NCBI GenBank assembly: GCA_903833275.1
Contig: CAILEP010000015.1
Span: 22,490-86,489 of the forward strand
Length of the DNA stretch: 64,000 bases
Origin: an uncultured Bdellovibrionales bacterium
GTDB taxonomy: Bacteria; Bdellovibrionota; Bdellovibrionia; Bdellovibrionales; UBA1609
Direction of reading: 5' to 3'
Positions within the stretch are counted from its first letter, which is position 1, and each line of letters begins with the position of its first letter. The notes below the pieces were generated by a model. It was not told the origin of the DNA and did no database searches. It saw nothing but the letters and a program-made list of their open reading frames with translations. Shown in pieces: positions 63,033 to 64,000 of this stretch. The position numbers and the translations under genes are program-made.

Positions 63033-64000
63033 TTAATCTTGGATCTTACCGATGTCATCGCGCCACTGGGCGCCCGGCCAAACAATTTGATTGAGCTGCG
63101 CATAGGCTTGCTTCAGCGCTAGATCCAAATTGGGCGCGCGTGCCACCACGTTCAAAACACGGCCCCCCGCTGTGACAAATTGCCCATCGATTAAGTTCGT
63201 ACCAGCATGAATAATCTGAACTGTTGAAGCTGTGGTAGTTTGAATCGCCGCTGACGCAGCAGCCGTAGCTGTCTGCGAGGGCACAGCCGCCGGTATGGGC
63301 GCTGCCGTCGGCTTAAGCGCTGGTATTGGCACGCCCTTCACGGGATTATCGGGGTACCCCTCAGCCGCCACAACAATGCACGCTGTTGAATCGCTACGCC
63401 ATTTCAATTTAGGCACAGAACCTTCTGCCACAGCCTTCAGTGTCTGCGCCCAATCGCCGTCAAGCAGCGGTAAAATCGCCTGCGTTTCTGGGTCACCAAA
63501 TCGAACATTGTACTCGAGAACTTGCGGCCCGCGAGCCGTTAGCATGACCCCGACAAACACAACTCCGCGATAAAGAAATTTGCGATCTCTCAACCCGCGC
63601 AATGTGGGGTCAATAACCGTTTTACGAATCTGCACATCGAGGGCTTCACCAATATTGATCGGAGCAATTACGCCCATGCCCCCTGTGTTCGGCCCGCGGT
63701 CACCACTTAAAAGACGTTTGTGATCGCGCCCGTAAGGCAAAACTTCGTAGTCGTCACCATTTGTCAAAACCAATACTGAAATCTCGCGCCCTGGTTGAAA
63801 CTCTTCGAGCAACGCGCGACGACCGGCATCGCCCAATTTATGTTTTTCAAAAATATCGCGAGCCGCTTCTGAAAGCTCGGCTATGTTGGAGCAAATGAAA
63901 ACACCTTTACCCGACGCCAAACCGTCAGCCTTCAATACGTAAGGCGCCGCGAAGCCCGAATCCGCGACTGCTTTTAAGGTCGCGGCGACTGATTCGACAA
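63033..64000 (-). CDS. purD: phosphoribosylamine--glycine ligase (partial; N-terminus beyond the window)
   Basis: ATP-grasp motifs KADGLASGKGV and EYNVRFGDPE, then ...HAGT... The frame stays open to the right edge. Confidence 0.9.
   Translation of the reverse strand, partial: VESVAATLKAVADSGFAAPYVLKADGLASGKGVFICSNIAELSEAARDIFEKHKLGDAGRRALLEEFQPGREISVLVLTNGDDYEVLPYGRDHKRLLSGDRGPNTGGMGVIAPINIGEALDVQIRKTVIDPTLRGLRDRKFLYRGVVFVGVMLTARGPQVLEYNVRFGDPETQAILPLLDGDWAQTLKAVAEGSVPKLKWRSDSTACIVVAAEGYPDNPVKGVPIPALKPTAAPIPAAVPSQTATAAASAAIQTTTASTVQIIHAGTNLIDGQFVTAGGRVLNVVARAPNLDLALKQAYAQLNQIVWPGAQWRDDIGKIQD

Overview
About 50% GC bacterial chromosomal window, densely coded on both strands, with no rRNA, tRNA or CRISPR array recognised. 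The lineage cannot be fixed from sequence alone. The many exported hydrolases and the heavy use of sigma-54 are compatible with a Bdellovibrionota/Oligoflexia-like or delta-type proteobacterium, but that is only an impression.

Layout:
(1) 1-12.9 kb is an accessory-looking patch. It holds a fused SWIM-SNF2 helicase, a truncated IS21 IstA, a YfiR-like protein plus a STAS/Zn-ribbon protein, a DUF4143 AAA ATPase, a rhomboid protease, an Sfp-type PPTase, an orphan AbiEi-like antitoxin with upstream palindromes, and an exported metallophosphoesterase.
(2) 13-17.2 kb is ileS-lspA-lgt.
(3) 17.1-29.4 kb is an uninterrupted run of exported proteins. It is punctuated by two copies of an 87-bp hairpin repeat, and by a sigma-54 promoter feeding into a 12-bp x6 tandem array. 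Its core is a translationally coupled four-gene operon (20870-28292). That operon encodes signal-peptide-bearing glutamine-synthetase-fold amidoligase-like proteins (one with two ligase domains), a 732-aa protein with NIS-synthetase-like motifs, and a C26/GATase-1 gamma-glutamyl hydrolase. The flanks carry an amidohydrolase lipoprotein, a BPL_N-like protein and a frameshifted trypsin-like protease. This block is my top candidate for an undescribed system.
(4) yacG and pfkA.
(5) 31.7-48.2 kb is a single-strand flagellar block (TPR protein, receiver-less sigma-54 activator, flgBC, fliEFGHIJ, ylxF-like, fliK, flgD, flgE) behind a good -24/-12 promoter.
(6) mlaEFD, a DUF721 protein, trmFO, a hydrolase, glmU-glmS and an M14 peptidase.
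(7) An NtrC-type two-component system lies next to a sigma-54 promoter and a divergent pair of paralogous exported proteins.
(8) A partial purD.

All calls rest on by-eye motif recognition in the supplied ORF translations and on direct reading of the DNA. No database search was run.
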